DNA from: Chiloscyllium plagiosum
Taxonomy: Eukaryota
Assembly: GCF_004010195.1 (NCBI RefSeq)
Contig: NC_057752.1
Coordinates: forward strand, 2,059,199-2,123,198
DNA: 64,000 nucleotides
Direction: 5' to 3'
The notes beneath the pieces were generated by a model. It had not been told where the DNA came from and made no database searches. It saw nothing but the letters and a program-made list of their open reading frames with translations. Numbering within the stretch: the stretch's first letter is position 1; every line of letters starts with the position of its first letter. Position numbers and translations under genes: made by a program. Shown piece by piece: positions 11,579 through 24,094 of this stretch.

Positions 11579-11634
11579 CTTCACTGTTGCTATCCTGGAT
11601 GTTGTTACAGAGTCAGTGGATGCATCTTTGAGTT

Positions 11635-12590
11635 ACAGTTCTTTGAGGAGGTAACAATCAGGATAGATAAAGGGGAAACAGCAGATGTAATATATTTGGA
11701 TTTTCAGAAGGTACCTTGATAAGGTACCACATTTTAGGCTCCTTAATAAGATAAGAGCCCATGGTGTTGGAGGTAGTGTATTGGCATGGCTAATTTATAG
11801 AAGACAGAGAGTTGGGCTTTTTCAGGATGACAGCATGTAATTAGTAAAGTTCTACAGGACTCAATACTGGAGCCTCAATTATTTACAATATATTAATGAC
11901 TTGAATGAGGTAAATGAGTGTTTGTGGATAACACAAAAATAGGTAGGAAGTGAGGATGACACGAAGAGTCTACAGAGTGATCTAGACAAGTGAAGTGACT
12001 GGACAAAAACTGAGTCGATGGAATATAATGTGGGAAAATGTCAGGTTGTGAACTATGGCAGGAAAAATGGAGGTGTCAAATGTTCCTTAAATGGAGAAAG
12101 ACTGCAGAAAGCTACAGGACAGAGATTTGGGAGTTCTCATCCATGGTTCACAAAAAGCTAGCATCCAAGTTCAGCGGGAAAGAGGGAAGGCAAATGGAAT
12201 GTTAGCCTTTATTTTGAAAAGAATGGAGTATAAAAGAGGTAGGTTTTGCTAAAACTTTACAAGGTCCTCATCACTCCCACTACAACCAGAAGGCATCATC
12301 TCAGAATAAGGGGTCACATATTTAAGACAGAGATGAGGAGGATTTTTTTTTTCTCTCTGAGGGGAGAGAACCTGTGGAATTATTTACTGCAGAGGGCTGT
12401 CGAGGCTGGCTCATTATTCAAGGCTGAGACAGACAGATTTTTAATCAGGAAGGGAATCATGGATAAATGGGGAAAAGGCAGGAAAGTGGGGTTGAGGATA
12501 ATCAGATCAGCCATGATCTCATTGAATGGCGGAACAGACCTGATGGGCTGAATGGCCTACTTCTGCACTTATGTATTATGGTCTTATGAA
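11635..12590 (+). mobile_element. Degenerate CR1 LINE
   Basis: DVIYLDFQK motif at ~11685; FKTEMRR C-terminus and typical 3' UTR. Confidence 0.85.
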
Positions 12591-12856
12591 AATAAACTTC
12601 ACTTTATTCTCAAAACCAACGCTGCAGCACTGTCTGCATGTATTTCAGTGAGGAGCCACCACATTAAGTAGAAGAAACAAAATATGATCTGTCAAGCTAG
12701 ATTTCACTCTGGGATCTGATTTGCCCAGTAGGAACATGAGCTGGGATTGTAACAGTCACTCCAATTTGAAATGCAATTTCTGAATAGAATGGAAGAGAGT
12801 GTGAAAAAGAGCAAGAGAAAGGGACGAAGAACTGAACATAAAAGTATGAAGTCATT

Positions 12857-12942
12857 GGGATATCTGGTCGGCATGGACAAGTTGGACTGAAGGGTCTGTT
12901 TCCATGCTGTACATCTCTATGACTCTATGACTCTATGACTCT
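12857..12942 (+). mobile_element. HER1/CR1 3' tail only
   Basis: Matches 11079-11154; (ATGACTCT)3 tail. Confidence 0.8.
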
Positions 12943-14255
12943 AAACAAAGGTGTATTTTGCAATATTTGCCAGGGTTCATTGAGGCCCAGCACCCAGGCT
13001 CCTGTTTGAAGTTGATAAGGGAATGTGATAGGTGCAAGAAAGGTTGCCCAGCTTGGTACGCCAGGGAACTCTCAGCAAAAGACCGGTGCACCTTATATGT
13101 GCCAGCGCAATTCAACCTTTGCATACAACATGCATGCCATCTCTAATGCTCTGCGCTTGCTTTCAGGAAGCCTGTGATTCTGTGAAGCTCTGTATCCAGT
13201 CGAGTTAATCACTGCACTCCACAGGGGAATGCAATGAACACAATAACCCTGCTTGTTGCATTATTGGATTGACTTGACGTACATCACGAGCAATGATTTG
13301 GAAGAATCCAATGGTATTGAAGGGTCAAGTGCAATTGTAACCCTACCTCTTACAGAAATAAACATTCCTGTGCTGTCAACTGTCCACACCTATGCCTGCA
13401 GGAGATGGCACAGCTAGCTAGAAACTCCTTTGGAAAAGGTTTCCTAAAATGACATACAGAAACTGCACTTGTCCTCAAAAATGTGGCGATAGCACCATCT
13501 ACTGATACAAATGGCACATTCAACGATTATAACAGAAAATGCTGGAAAGAGAGCAGGGGGGAAGAGGCTTGACAGTTCAGGTCAATGTCCTTTCATATAG
13601 AATCCCTACAGTGTGGAAGCAGGCCATTTAAGTCCACACTGACCTCTGAAGAGCATTCCACCCAGCCCCAGCCCCTATCCTATCCCTGTGACTCTGCATT
13701 TCCTATTGCCAATCCACCTGAATCGGCGCATCCCTGGGCACTATGGGACAATTTAGCATGGCCAATCCACCTGAACCGGCAGATCCCTGGGCACTATGGG
13801 ACAATTTAGCATGGCCAATCCACCTGAACCGGCACATGCCTGGACACTATGGGACAATTTAGCATGGCCAATCCACCCTAACCTGCACATCTCTGGGCAC
13901 TATGGGACAATTCAGCATGGTCAATCCACCCTAACCTGCACATCCCTGGGCACTATGGGACAATTTAGCATGGCCAATCCACCTGAACCGGCACATGCCT
14001 GGTCACTATAGGACAATTTAGCATGGCCAATCCACCCTAACCTGCACATCTCTGGGCACTATGGGACAATTTAGCGTGGCCAATCCACCCTAACCTGCAC
14101 ATCCCTGGACACTATGGGACAATTTAGCATGGCCAATCCACCTAAACCGGCGCATCCCTGGGCACTATGGGACAATTTAGCATGCCAATCCACCCTAACC
14201 TGCACATCTCTGGGCACTATGGGACAATTTGGCATGGCCAATCCACACTGACCTG

Positions 14256-14306
14256 NNNNNNNNNNNNNNNNNNNNNNNNNNNNNNNNNNNNNNNNNNNNN
14301 NNNNNN
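14256..14306. other. Assembly gap (51 N)
   Basis: N run. Confidence 1.
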
Positions 14307-14978
14307 AACCTGCATATCCCTGGACACTATGGGACAATTTAGCATGGCCAATCCTAACCTGCACATCCCTGGAACACTATGGGACAATTTAGCATGGCCA
14401 ATCCACCCTAACCTGCACATCCTTGGACTCAATGGAGCAATGTAACACGGCCAATCCACCCTAACCTGCACATCACTGGACACCATGGGGCAATTTAGCA
14501 TGGCCAATCCACCCTAACCTGCACATCCCTGGACACTATGGGCAATTTAGCATGGCCACTCCACCCTAACCTGCACATCCCTGGAACACTATGGGACAAT
14601 TTAGCATGGCTAATCTACCCTAACCTGCACATCCCTGGACACTCTGGGGCAATTTAGCATGGCCAATCCACTCTAACCTGCACATCCCTGGACACCATGG
14701 GGCAATTTAGCATGGCCAATCCACCCTAACCTTCACATCCCTAGACATTATGGGACAATTTAGCATGGCCAATCCGCCCTACCTTGCATATCCCTGGACA
14801 CGATGGGGCAATTTAGCATGGCCAATCCACTCTAACCTGCACATCCCTGGACACCATGGGGCAATTTAGCATGGCCAATCAACCCTAACCTTCACATCCC
14901 TAGACATTATGGGGCAATTTAGCATGGCCAATCCACCCTAACCTGCATATCCCTGGACACTATGGGACAATTTAGTAT

Positions 14979-15617
14979 GGAAGAGCACAGCAATTCAGGC
15001 AGCATCCGAGAACAGGCAAAATCGACGTTTCGGGCAAAAGCCCTTCATCAGGAATAAAGGCAGAGAGCCTGAAGCGTGGAGAGATAAGCTAGAGGAGGGT
15101 GGGGGTGTGGATAGAGTAGCATAGAGTACAATAGGTCAGTGGGGGAGGCGATGAAGGTGATAGGTCAGGGAGGAGAGGGTGGAGTGGATAGGTGGAAAAG
15201 GAGCTGGGCAGGTCAGAAAAGTCCGGACAAGTCAAGGGGACAGAGTTGAGCTGGATGTTAGAAACTAGGATGAGGTGGGGGAAGGGGAAATGAGGAAGCT
15301 GTTGAAGTCCACATTGATGTCCTGGGGTTAAAGTGTTCCGAGACGGAAGATGAGGCGTTCTTCCTCCAGGCGTCTGGTGGTGAGGGAGCGGCGGTGAAGG
15401 AGGCCCAGCACCTCCATATCCTCGGCAGAGTGGGAGGGGGACTGGAAATGTTGGGCCACGGGGCGGTTTGGTTGATTGGTGCGGGTGTCTCGGAGATGTT
15501 CCCTAAAGCGCTCTGCTAGGAGACGCCCAGTCTCCCCAATGTAGAGGAGACCGCATCGGGAGCAACGGATACAATAAATGATGTTAGTGGATTAGGTAAA
15601 ACTTTGATGGATGTGGA
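14979..15617 (-). mobile_element. Penelope/Neptune 3' fragment (GIY-YIG endonuclease plus pLTR) inserted in the satellite
   Basis: STNIIYCIRCSRCGLLYIGETGRLLAERFREH...VAQHF...EEERLIFRLGTL*PQDINVDF. Confidence 0.92.
15021..15055 (-). ncRNA. Minimal hammerhead ribozyme motif (Penelope-associated)
   Basis: ATTC-CTGATGA-A-GGGC-TTTT-GCCC-GAAAC-GTC-GAT on the minus strand. Confidence 0.75.
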
Positions 15618-16056
15618 TCCACCCTAACATGCACATCCCTGGACACCATGGGGCAATTTAGCATGGCCAATCCACCCGAACCTGCACATCCCTGGACACT
15701 ATGGGACAATTTAGCATGGCCAATCCACCCGACCTTGCACATCCCTGGACACTATGGGGCAGTTTAGCATGGCCAATCCACCTTAACCTGCACATCCCTG
15801 GACACTATGGGACAAGTTAGCATGGCCAATCCAACCTAACCTGCACATGCCTGGAAACTATGGACAATTTAGCCTGGCCAATCCTAACCTGCACATCCCT
15901 GGACACTATATGGCAATTTAACATGGCCAATCCGCCCTAGCCTCCACCACCCTGGACACTATGGGACAATTTAGCACGGCCCATCCACCCTAACCTGCAC
16001 ATCCCTGGACACTATGGGACAACTTAGCATGGCCAATCCTAACCTGCACATCCTTG

Positions 16057-16556
16057 NNNNNNNNNNNNNNNNNNNNNNNNNNNNNNNNNNNNNNNNNNNN
16101 NNNNNNNNNNNNNNNNNNNNNNNNNNNNNNNNNNNNNNNNNNNNNNNNNNNNNNNNNNNNNNNNNNNNNNNNNNNNNNNNNNNNNNNNNNNNNNNNNNNN
16201 NNNNNNNNNNNNNNNNNNNNNNNNNNNNNNNNNNNNNNNNNNNNNNNNNNNNNNNNNNNNNNNNNNNNNNNNNNNNNNNNNNNNNNNNNNNNNNNNNNNN
16301 NNNNNNNNNNNNNNNNNNNNNNNNNNNNNNNNNNNNNNNNNNNNNNNNNNNNNNNNNNNNNNNNNNNNNNNNNNNNNNNNNNNNNNNNNNNNNNNNNNNN
16401 NNNNNNNNNNNNNNNNNNNNNNNNNNNNNNNNNNNNNNNNNNNNNNNNNNNNNNNNNNNNNNNNNNNNNNNNNNNNNNNNNNNNNNNNNNNNNNNNNNNN
16501 NNNNNNNNNNNNNNNNNNNNNNNNNNNNNNNNNNNNNNNNNNNNNNNNNNNNNNNN
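16057..16556. other. Scaffold gap (exactly 500 N, probably a placeholder size)
   Basis: N run. Confidence 1.
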
Positions 16557-17956
16557 CCAGAAGGTAGGTTCAATGGTTAACAACAATCAAAAAGCTCGCC
16601 ACTGTGTTCTGGCTGCTTTGAGCCGAAATGGCTCCAGTTCTTGGCACTGAGGCGAGCAAGCAGATTTGAAGGCAGGCAGGCAGGCTGTGTTATATTCTGG
16701 GGGAGCACGGAGACCAGGGCATTTGATGTAGACATGTGTGGTAATAATGATAAACCTAAGGCTTGTTTGTATAGTGTGAGTTTTTATTTGTAAAACTTGG
16801 TGTGCGTTAAGGTGCCATTCGTTCATCAAGTCTCTTGACTTCGTAATAGCTGAATTAGGATGGGTGAAAGTATAGTGGGTTTCAACTGTGTACTAGTTTT
16901 TTGAGTTAAGTATTACTTACCTTGGCCTCGAGTCTAAAAAGGAATATGGATTTTACAAACATCAGTGCCAACTTTGACTTTCAGTTTCACGATAAGACAG
17001 GATGAAATCTTATCATATGTACCATAACTGTTTAATGAGTATGTCTTGTTGGTAAAATTACACATTGCATCTTGTCTTAACATTATGAGGAGTCAAATTG
17101 GCAAATAATGAAATCAATAAATGAGTTTTGAGTCACCATTGCAGGGTGACAGTTTGCTGAATTCAAACTGACGATCCAGATCTAGATTGTGTTTTTCTCT
17201 TCAATATATCATGGCACAACTGAAACTGCAATAAAAATAGTGACTTTAGGAAGGGAAGTTAAATGTGGAAGAGGTCTGACATGCTTCAGCCTCTGATGAA
17301 AGGTTTAGATTGATAATGTGTGCATATCCCAGTTTGAGCTGTCATTATGTAACATGGAAAGCGACCATTACCTTGTACACTGCAGTAGTTGGAGAGTGTA
17401 CACATCATTGAAATAAGATCTTTGAACACTTGAAGTTTTACAATCATTCACCTTTCTCAAAACAAGACCACCTCTATTCTGGCAATATTCTGTCCCTTGT
17501 GCATGCTCTCATTGAATTAGACCCAGCCTGAAACAAACCCTTTGAGATCATGTAATCTACTCAAAAGAGAACTTGCTCTTTTGAAGTGGGACGCTGAAAT
17601 TTAAGTTGTGGCTGAATTTTGTTTGCAAATGATCTATGCTGAAAGATTATAATCTGAATATGTAACGCTGCATTTGGAGAGGCAAAGATGAGTTAATCTG
17701 CAGATTTTTAGATGTCAAGGGTCCGTGTTAATGCATTAACGTGGTAGCTCTTTGAATTTCGAGTTTCATGGCAACAATTGTAATTGGGACATTACTGGAT
17801 TCCTGCATATCTTATCTTGCTTTCACTGTGCCATTGTGCATGTTTTGCCACAATATGCAACAATAAAGAAAAGCTATTGGTCAAATTTAAAATGCAGTGT
17901 TGAAAATTTCAACACTATTTTTTGCCCACATTTCAGTGCCAATGTATTTACAGTCT

Positions 17957-18470
17957 CAGAGTCATAGAGATGTAGAGCACGGAAACAGACCCTTCGGTCC
18001 AACCCGTCCATGCCAACCAGATATCCTAGCCTAATCTAGTCCCACCTGCCAGCACTTGGCCCATATCCCTCCAAACCCTTCCTATTCATATACCCATCCA
18101 AATGCCTTTTAAATGTTGCAATTGTACCAGCCTCCACCACTTCCTCTGGCAGCTCATTCCATACAAGTACCACCCTCTGTGTGAAAAAGTTGTCCCTTAG
18201 GTCTCTTTTATATATTTCCCCTCTCACCCTAAACCTATGCTCTCTAGTTCTGGACTCCCCCACCCAGGGAAAAGACTTTGTCTATTCACCCTATCCATGC
18301 CCCTCATGATTTTATAAACCTCTATAAGGTCACCCCTCAGCCTCCGATGCTCCAGGGAAAATAGCCCCAGCCTGTTCAGCCTCTCCATTTAGCTCAAACC
18401 CTCCAACCCTGGCAACATTCTTGTAAATCTTTTCTGAACCCTTTCAAGTTTCGCCACATCCTTCCTATAG
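17957..18470 (-). mobile_element. HER1/CR1 LINE 3' end
   Basis: ORF 18036-18263 contains RDLRDNFFTQRVVLVWNELPEEVV. Confidence 0.92.
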
Positions 18471-18683
18471 CAGAAGCTTTGGGGCGTTTCTGAAAAACCT
18501 GGTCAAGGGTGCAATATAAACTTTTGTTCTCATTAGTTGAAGAAAATATTTAATGGGTAGTCTCAGTGCTAAATATCAATTTTCTTTAGTTGATCTGTAA
18601 TTTTATTCTTAAAGTTTCTTTGATTTTTTTTAGACAGAGCTGTCCCATCCTGGAGGCTACATAATTGAAGACATTGTTGCAGG

Positions 18684-18959
18684 ATGAAAAGATGGCAGCG
18701 CACATGCTTGCACCGCCAGGCCCTGATAGTTTCCGCCTTTTCACCCGTGAGTCTTTGGCTATCATTGAGCAGCGGATTGCTGAGGAGAAGAAAAAAAAGC
18801 CTCCCAAGCAAGACAGCAGCCACCGAGATGATGATGATCAAAATAAGCTTAAACCAAACAGCGACCTTGAAGCAGGCAGAAGTTTGCCATTTATCTATGG
18901 CGACCCCCCTCCTAAATGCATTGCTGAACCATTGGAGGACTTGGACCCTTTTTATATAA
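18684..18959 (+). promoter_or_regulatory. Out-of-frame upstream ATG at -8, opening an overlapping 91-codon ORF
   Basis: CAGGATGAAAAGATGG context; ORF closes at TAA 18957-18959. Confidence 0.7.
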
Positions 18960-18967
18960 ATCAGAAA
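18692..18967 (+). CDS. SCN8A: Voltage-gated sodium channel alpha subunit (Nav1.6-like), first coding exon, aa 1-92
   Basis: [71 protein letters not shown]...[13 protein letters not shown] aligns without gaps to human Nav1.6 as recalled ([28 protein letters not shown]); donor AAA|GTGAGT at 18968; acceptor at 18633 or 18637 after a T tract. Family is certain, paralog assignment is likely. Confidence 0.9.
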
Positions 18968-21694
18968 GTGAGTGCCTTGGACAACAGTTAATAGCTCTTT
19001 TTGCAGGGGCAAAGCTGTAAGATCAGATTGAAGTACCAGAAGTGTGGTTGGAAAATTAGGTTTGATATTTCCCACTTGCAAAGGTTAACAGTCATGTGCC
19101 AATAATTGTCTGAGGGGAAATAGGTCACAAGCTATAAGTTTAAGTCTACATTTTGGTCTCATGTTTCTGGTACCTTGTAAAATTGGATCATACCTCCCTC
19201 GTGGCAATTTTACAGTCTCAGCCTTGATTTGTAACTGACTTCCATTTGAAAGAGCTTTGTACATTGTCCCGAGTGCCTTGGCATAGCTGGCTTGCAACAG
19301 CCACAAACTTGCTTTGTTTTTTATTATCAATTGGGTAATGATTACAAAGTCACAATTTCCAAGCATATGCTTTTTTTCCTGGTTTTTAAAATGAGTGTTT
19401 ATCTGGATTATACTGGCAGTCATGCAATGTTTTCAATATGGCTTGCACATATTAGGAAAGGGATAAGATGGATGATCATTGTAGAGTTTAGTGACTGAAA
19501 TATGAATGAGACTTAAAAATTGAACCTACTATTATATCAGTGCATGACATGTCAGCCATCGTTATACCAAGACAGAGATGCCCCAATCAAAACAGGGGGT
19601 TCTTGCTAAGTTGGATGCGAGGCTTTATCACAATTAAGTCATGTTTCACGATCCCATTTTTTTTGTTTCATGTTTGCTGGTAGTAGGAATAAAATATTTT
19701 GTCTTTGAAACCATAGTTTATCCCAGCAATGATGATGGCCTCAAACATTCACTGCAAGATGAAAGTAAACAATTGGATGCATTTTCTTAAAAAAAACCCT
19801 AGTATAAGAATTGGACCTATGATGGACAAAACTGTAGCTTTTAATTATTTTGCTCATAAAAATATTTTTTACAAATTCTACAACCCATTTTAAATTAGCC
19901 CATGACATGAGGTAGGAAATTTAAAATAGGCAACAATTATCGTTGCTTCACCAATCCTCCCTTCCTAAATCCAACTCCTCCATCCCAGCTTGGTGCCTTC
20001 AGAATGGCACATTCTCTGCTACTATGCAAAAAACCCCAACCATTTTTGACTTATTAGACAACCACAGTGTTTGTCCTATTGAGTTGAAAGGATTTGAAAA
20101 TTATAGTTGACAGATTGCCAACTCTTACGAATTGTTTTCTTTTTCATATAATGTCAGTTCATCAGACCTTGCCCAGGTAACCTTGTTTTCTGGTGATGTT
20201 GTCCTCCATAAAGTGCTATTACGTTGATTGGATAAAAACATGGCTTGAATTTTTTACAAATTAAAAGGGCATCAACTGAACACATTTGCTTTTTGACTTG
20301 AACCTTTTCCTGTCAGGATGTTCATGTGTTGTGCCAGTGGCTAGGACTTGAGAGAAAACCAAGTGTGGGAACAGGACTGAAGATTTGAGATTTGTTTGAT
20401 ATAAAATTGGAGCTAGGATTTTGTGAAAAAGTCTGTTCACTTTTACACTGTGGCATTGTAAGTGCAAGTAGAAAATGGGAATGCAAGGAATGGTATTAAT
20501 ACTGGGTAAGGAATATTTTCAATCTTGTTTTCAGTGGATTGAGTAGAGCAGGACCAACTCTCAGTTAGCAAACTTTATTTTCCACAAAGAATTATTTGAG
20601 GCATCAAGAGATTCTGCAGTTGTTTTGTCATTGGACCTGGATTCAAATCTACTCCAGGCTGATGGGGTGAAAGTCTCTGCTGGCTGTAAGAGTATGGATT
20701 AAAATGAATTCAGACAGTCTTAACCCAGTTCTAAGTGAGCATGGGCCTGCAGCACAAATGGCTCCTGACTTGTCAATTTGTCAGCTTGGTTCCCAGTGAC
20801 AACAGATTCTTAGTACGAGGCCAGGTTCATAAATTAACTGTAGTTGTGAGTAGCCCAAGATGGAGCTTGGAGGGAATGGAATGTTATTTGCTGAGGTGCC
20901 CCTGTATTTTCTGGATTTGTCATGCCTTATTTACCCAGTAGTAGGTATGCTTGTAACTTTTTATTGGGGGAGGGTATATCATGCTGCAGCAAGCCAGGGC
21001 TCCCATATGACTCTAGTCATAAATCAGGTAGCATCAAAAAATATACTTTATTAAGAACTGAACAATCTGTGTTTTCTTCCATGCAGTTTAGTGAACCACA
21101 TTCATCTGAAGTGACAGATCATCGTAAATATCATAAAGAGATATATGTACACTAGCTAGTGCCATGCAGCCCTTTCTTGTTCTCATTTGCCTGAAATATA
21201 CTGAAGTCATTCAAGTGAAATTTCAAGTCGAATTCCACCTGTAGTTTTAAACTGAAGGTCCACACTAGTGGCATGAATTCTGCTCACAGTGGGTGAAGGC
21301 CCAATGTGTTTGGTGCTGCCAAGACTGAAAAGGGGTTAGCGTAAAGCTAATGGTGCGTGGTTGGTGGTAAACTTACTTATTGAGAGTTTGCAAATTTATA
21401 GAAAGAAAGGAAGACCAAGGGAACAAAGTCATTGCACAGATCGTGGGATCCAGATCCAGAGCTACAGCCACCATGAATATAGTTTTAATTTATGCTTGCC
21501 CATGCTGCTGAACTTTAAATTTAGTGAGCCAGTACTAAAGCTCAGGAAACTTGCAATAGAGTTGAATTCTTTTTTCTTCTGCATGCTATGTTGGTTGAGA
21601 TGAGACAAAAAAATAACTGTCACCATTGTCACCATCAGGAAATGCCCTGTTACCTGATTTTCCCTCGAAATTTGTAAATTTCACAACAATTACA

Positions 21695-21970
21695 GAAGCA
21701 TAGAAAATCAGAGCAGGAGTAGGCCGTTCAGCCCTATGAGCCTGCTCCAATATGATCATGACTGATCACTTAACCCAGTACTACTTCCTCTTCATACCTT
21801 TCGATCCCTTTAGCCCTAGGAACTATAACTCCTTCTTGAAATCATATGTTTTGGCCTCTACTTCTTCCTGTGGCAGAGAAGTCCACAGGCTTCCCACTCT
21901 CTGGGTGAAGACATTTCTCCTCATCTCAGTCCGAAACAGCCTACCCCAGATCCTGAGACTGTACCCTCAG
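21695..21970 (-). mobile_element. CR1 LINE 3' end
   Basis: Similar to 9146-9448. Confidence 0.75.
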
Positions 21971-22944
21971 TAAGGTGAGATTGTAGCTGTGTGATATCTA
22001 TTGTGAAAGTATGCAGTACTCTCTTAAATGAACTTATGCTTGGAATAGAATTGCTTTTTAAAATGAATGTCTCAATTCAGTTTTTAACTAAATATGGTCC
22101 CAAGGTGGAAGATTGCTAAGTTAGCTGTGATTTTTAAGTTTGGAAAATGTCACAAATGTTGCAGCAGGAGATGCGGATCTGTGCTTGGAGTTGAGAAGCA
22201 GTATTTTAATGGCATTAAAGGGTTTTGATCTATATTCTGTGATGAAGTACCTGAGCTGGGACAGATTCTGATGCTGAGCACTTGGAATGGGATGCATTCT
22301 ATTTGCTCCATAAACATCCTTCACCTTAATGCGAACTGATTCTGTTTTTTCCTGGACTGCCTTAAATCTGAAGCTTTGCAAGTTCTAACAATTATTTTGA
22401 GATGAAAGACGCACTGAGCTTGCAGGTGTCTGCCAGAGGTCAGCAAGAGGCCTTAATAGATTGGAATAAACTTGTTAATTGAACTCAATAGAAATCTCTA
22501 TATGATGGAAGGTTCACCATTTTCCTTATCGGTTAGCCATAAATATGCATTTTGTTGTGCCAGAGCAAAACGTTAGATAGTTCATCGATCACAGATATAT
22601 TTTTAAATAACAACTAGGTAAGTTTTCTATAGGTTTGCACATGGTCACGAGGCTTTGCATAGATTTTTGATCTAAATTTATTTGGCTTGGATTTCACCTA
22701 CAATGTGGAAGTTATAGTCACAATTATAAGAACAGCAGTAAATAAGTTATGGAGGCTTGAGACTTTATCAGAATGCAACACCAAAAATGTATACTTATGT
22801 AGAATCGTTAACATAAGAAAATATCTCGAGGTGTTTCTTGGGACATTATAAAACAATAAACGTGGGGAAGGGAAATGGAAGCCCACTTTTGAATACAGAA
22901 AATTGATGGGAATGGTCAGCTTATTAGTGTCAAACCAAGTGACT

Positions 22945-23170
22945 ATTAGGGCAGGTATCCAGAAGCTTGGTCAAAGAGGTTAGTTTTAAGGAGTGTATTA
23001 AAGGAGGAAAAGGAGGTAGAGAAGAGGAGAGTTTTAGGCAGAGAATTCCAGAGTTTGGGGTTCAGCTAAAAGCATGACCACCAATGATTGAGCAAGTAAA
23101 TTGCTAGATGCTCAAGAAGCCAGAATTTGAAGAGAGCAGGGATCGCATAAAGTTGTGGTATTGGAAGCGA
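22945..23170 (-). mobile_element. L2-like LINE 3' fragment
   Basis: AGCTTGGTCAAAGAGGTTAGTTTTAAGGAG resembles the reverse complement of the L2 LLKTxLFDQAF end. Confidence 0.5.
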
Positions 23171-23789
23171 GGGAGAGTGTGCATGTGTGTGTGGGTATCT
23201 CTGAGTCAAGCAACATTTTGTGTTTCAAATGTAAAGTCAAAGTATCATTTTATAATGGCAGATTTCTGACGATGAAAGAAATCTGTTAGTGTATTCCTGC
23301 CAGGTCTGTATCCTTATCCCCCTTGCCACTTCTTGGCACTATCTATTTTCCTCTTGTGTGACCTAGACCTCATTTTCCCACTTTGGTTTGTTTGCTTGCT
23401 TAAGTTAACCAGTCTGACTGTTGCTTCTACTCTCAAAGCAACCCATTTTATTTCGGAAGAAGGGTCACTAGACCTGAAACACTAACTTTCCTTTCTCTTC
23501 ACAGATGTTGCCTGACCTTCTGAGTTTCTCCAGCAATTTCTGTTCCTTTTTTTTTGTTCTAAGGATGCAGAATCTCTTTCTGAAGTTGTCACCGGTAGTG
23601 ATTGTAATGAGGTCATCCAGGTGGACCTCATAGAATCAGAGTTCCCTGATTGGGGCTGTTAACCCGGTTCAATCAGGGAGCCCTGGCTGGCAGATATAAA
23701 CAAGAATGTCAGAAGTTCTGCTCACTCTGAGAGCTGGCTCTGAGGGAGCTGGATCAGTGTCAAGGACTCTCCATGTATAGATAGAAACA

Positions 23790-24094
23790 TATCACAGAAT
23801 CCCTACTGTGTGGAAGCAGACCATTCAGCCCATCAAGTCCACACTGACCCTCCGAATAGCATCCCACCCTCACCTAATCCTGTAGCCATGTATTTCCCAT
23901 GGCTAATCCACCTGGCCTGCACATTCATGGACACTATGGGCAATTTAGCATGGCAAATTCACCTGACCTGCACATCTTTGGACTGTGGGAGGAAACCAGA
24001 GCACCCGGAGGAAACCCACACAGACACAGGGAGAATGTGCAAGCTCCACACAGACAGTCGCCCAACAGTTACCACTGAGCCACCATGCAGCCCC
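23790..24094 (-). mobile_element. HE1-type V-SINE
   Basis: Reverse complement of the SINE at 7316; GGAAACCAGAGCACCCGGAGGAAACCCAC core. Confidence 0.88.

Larger units (their letters stand above)
13596..16056 (-). repeat. 53-bp satellite amplified from the V-domain of a minus-strand HE1 SINE (~30 visible units)
   Basis: Unit CTATGGGACAATTTAGCATGGCCAATCCACCCTAACCTGCACATCCCTGGRCA (starts at 13741, 13794, 13847...); preceded by a SINE tail at ~13596-13700; the same segment occurs in the HE1 at 23790-24094. Confidence 0.92.

Noticed and set aside
13585..16650. ORFs across the satellite and N gaps; CRISPR-like appearance of the array
   Set aside because: They are translations of a SINE-derived tandem repeat or of Ns; there are no unique spacers and the context is eukaryotic
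18665..18991. ORF-track version of the channel N-terminus (MKTLLQDEK...VSALDNS)
   Set aside because: It starts at a TTG and reads through the donor; the real coding segment is 18692-18967
18569..19081. 170-aa minus-strand ORF
   Set aside because: Antisense shadow of the sodium channel exon with no independent support
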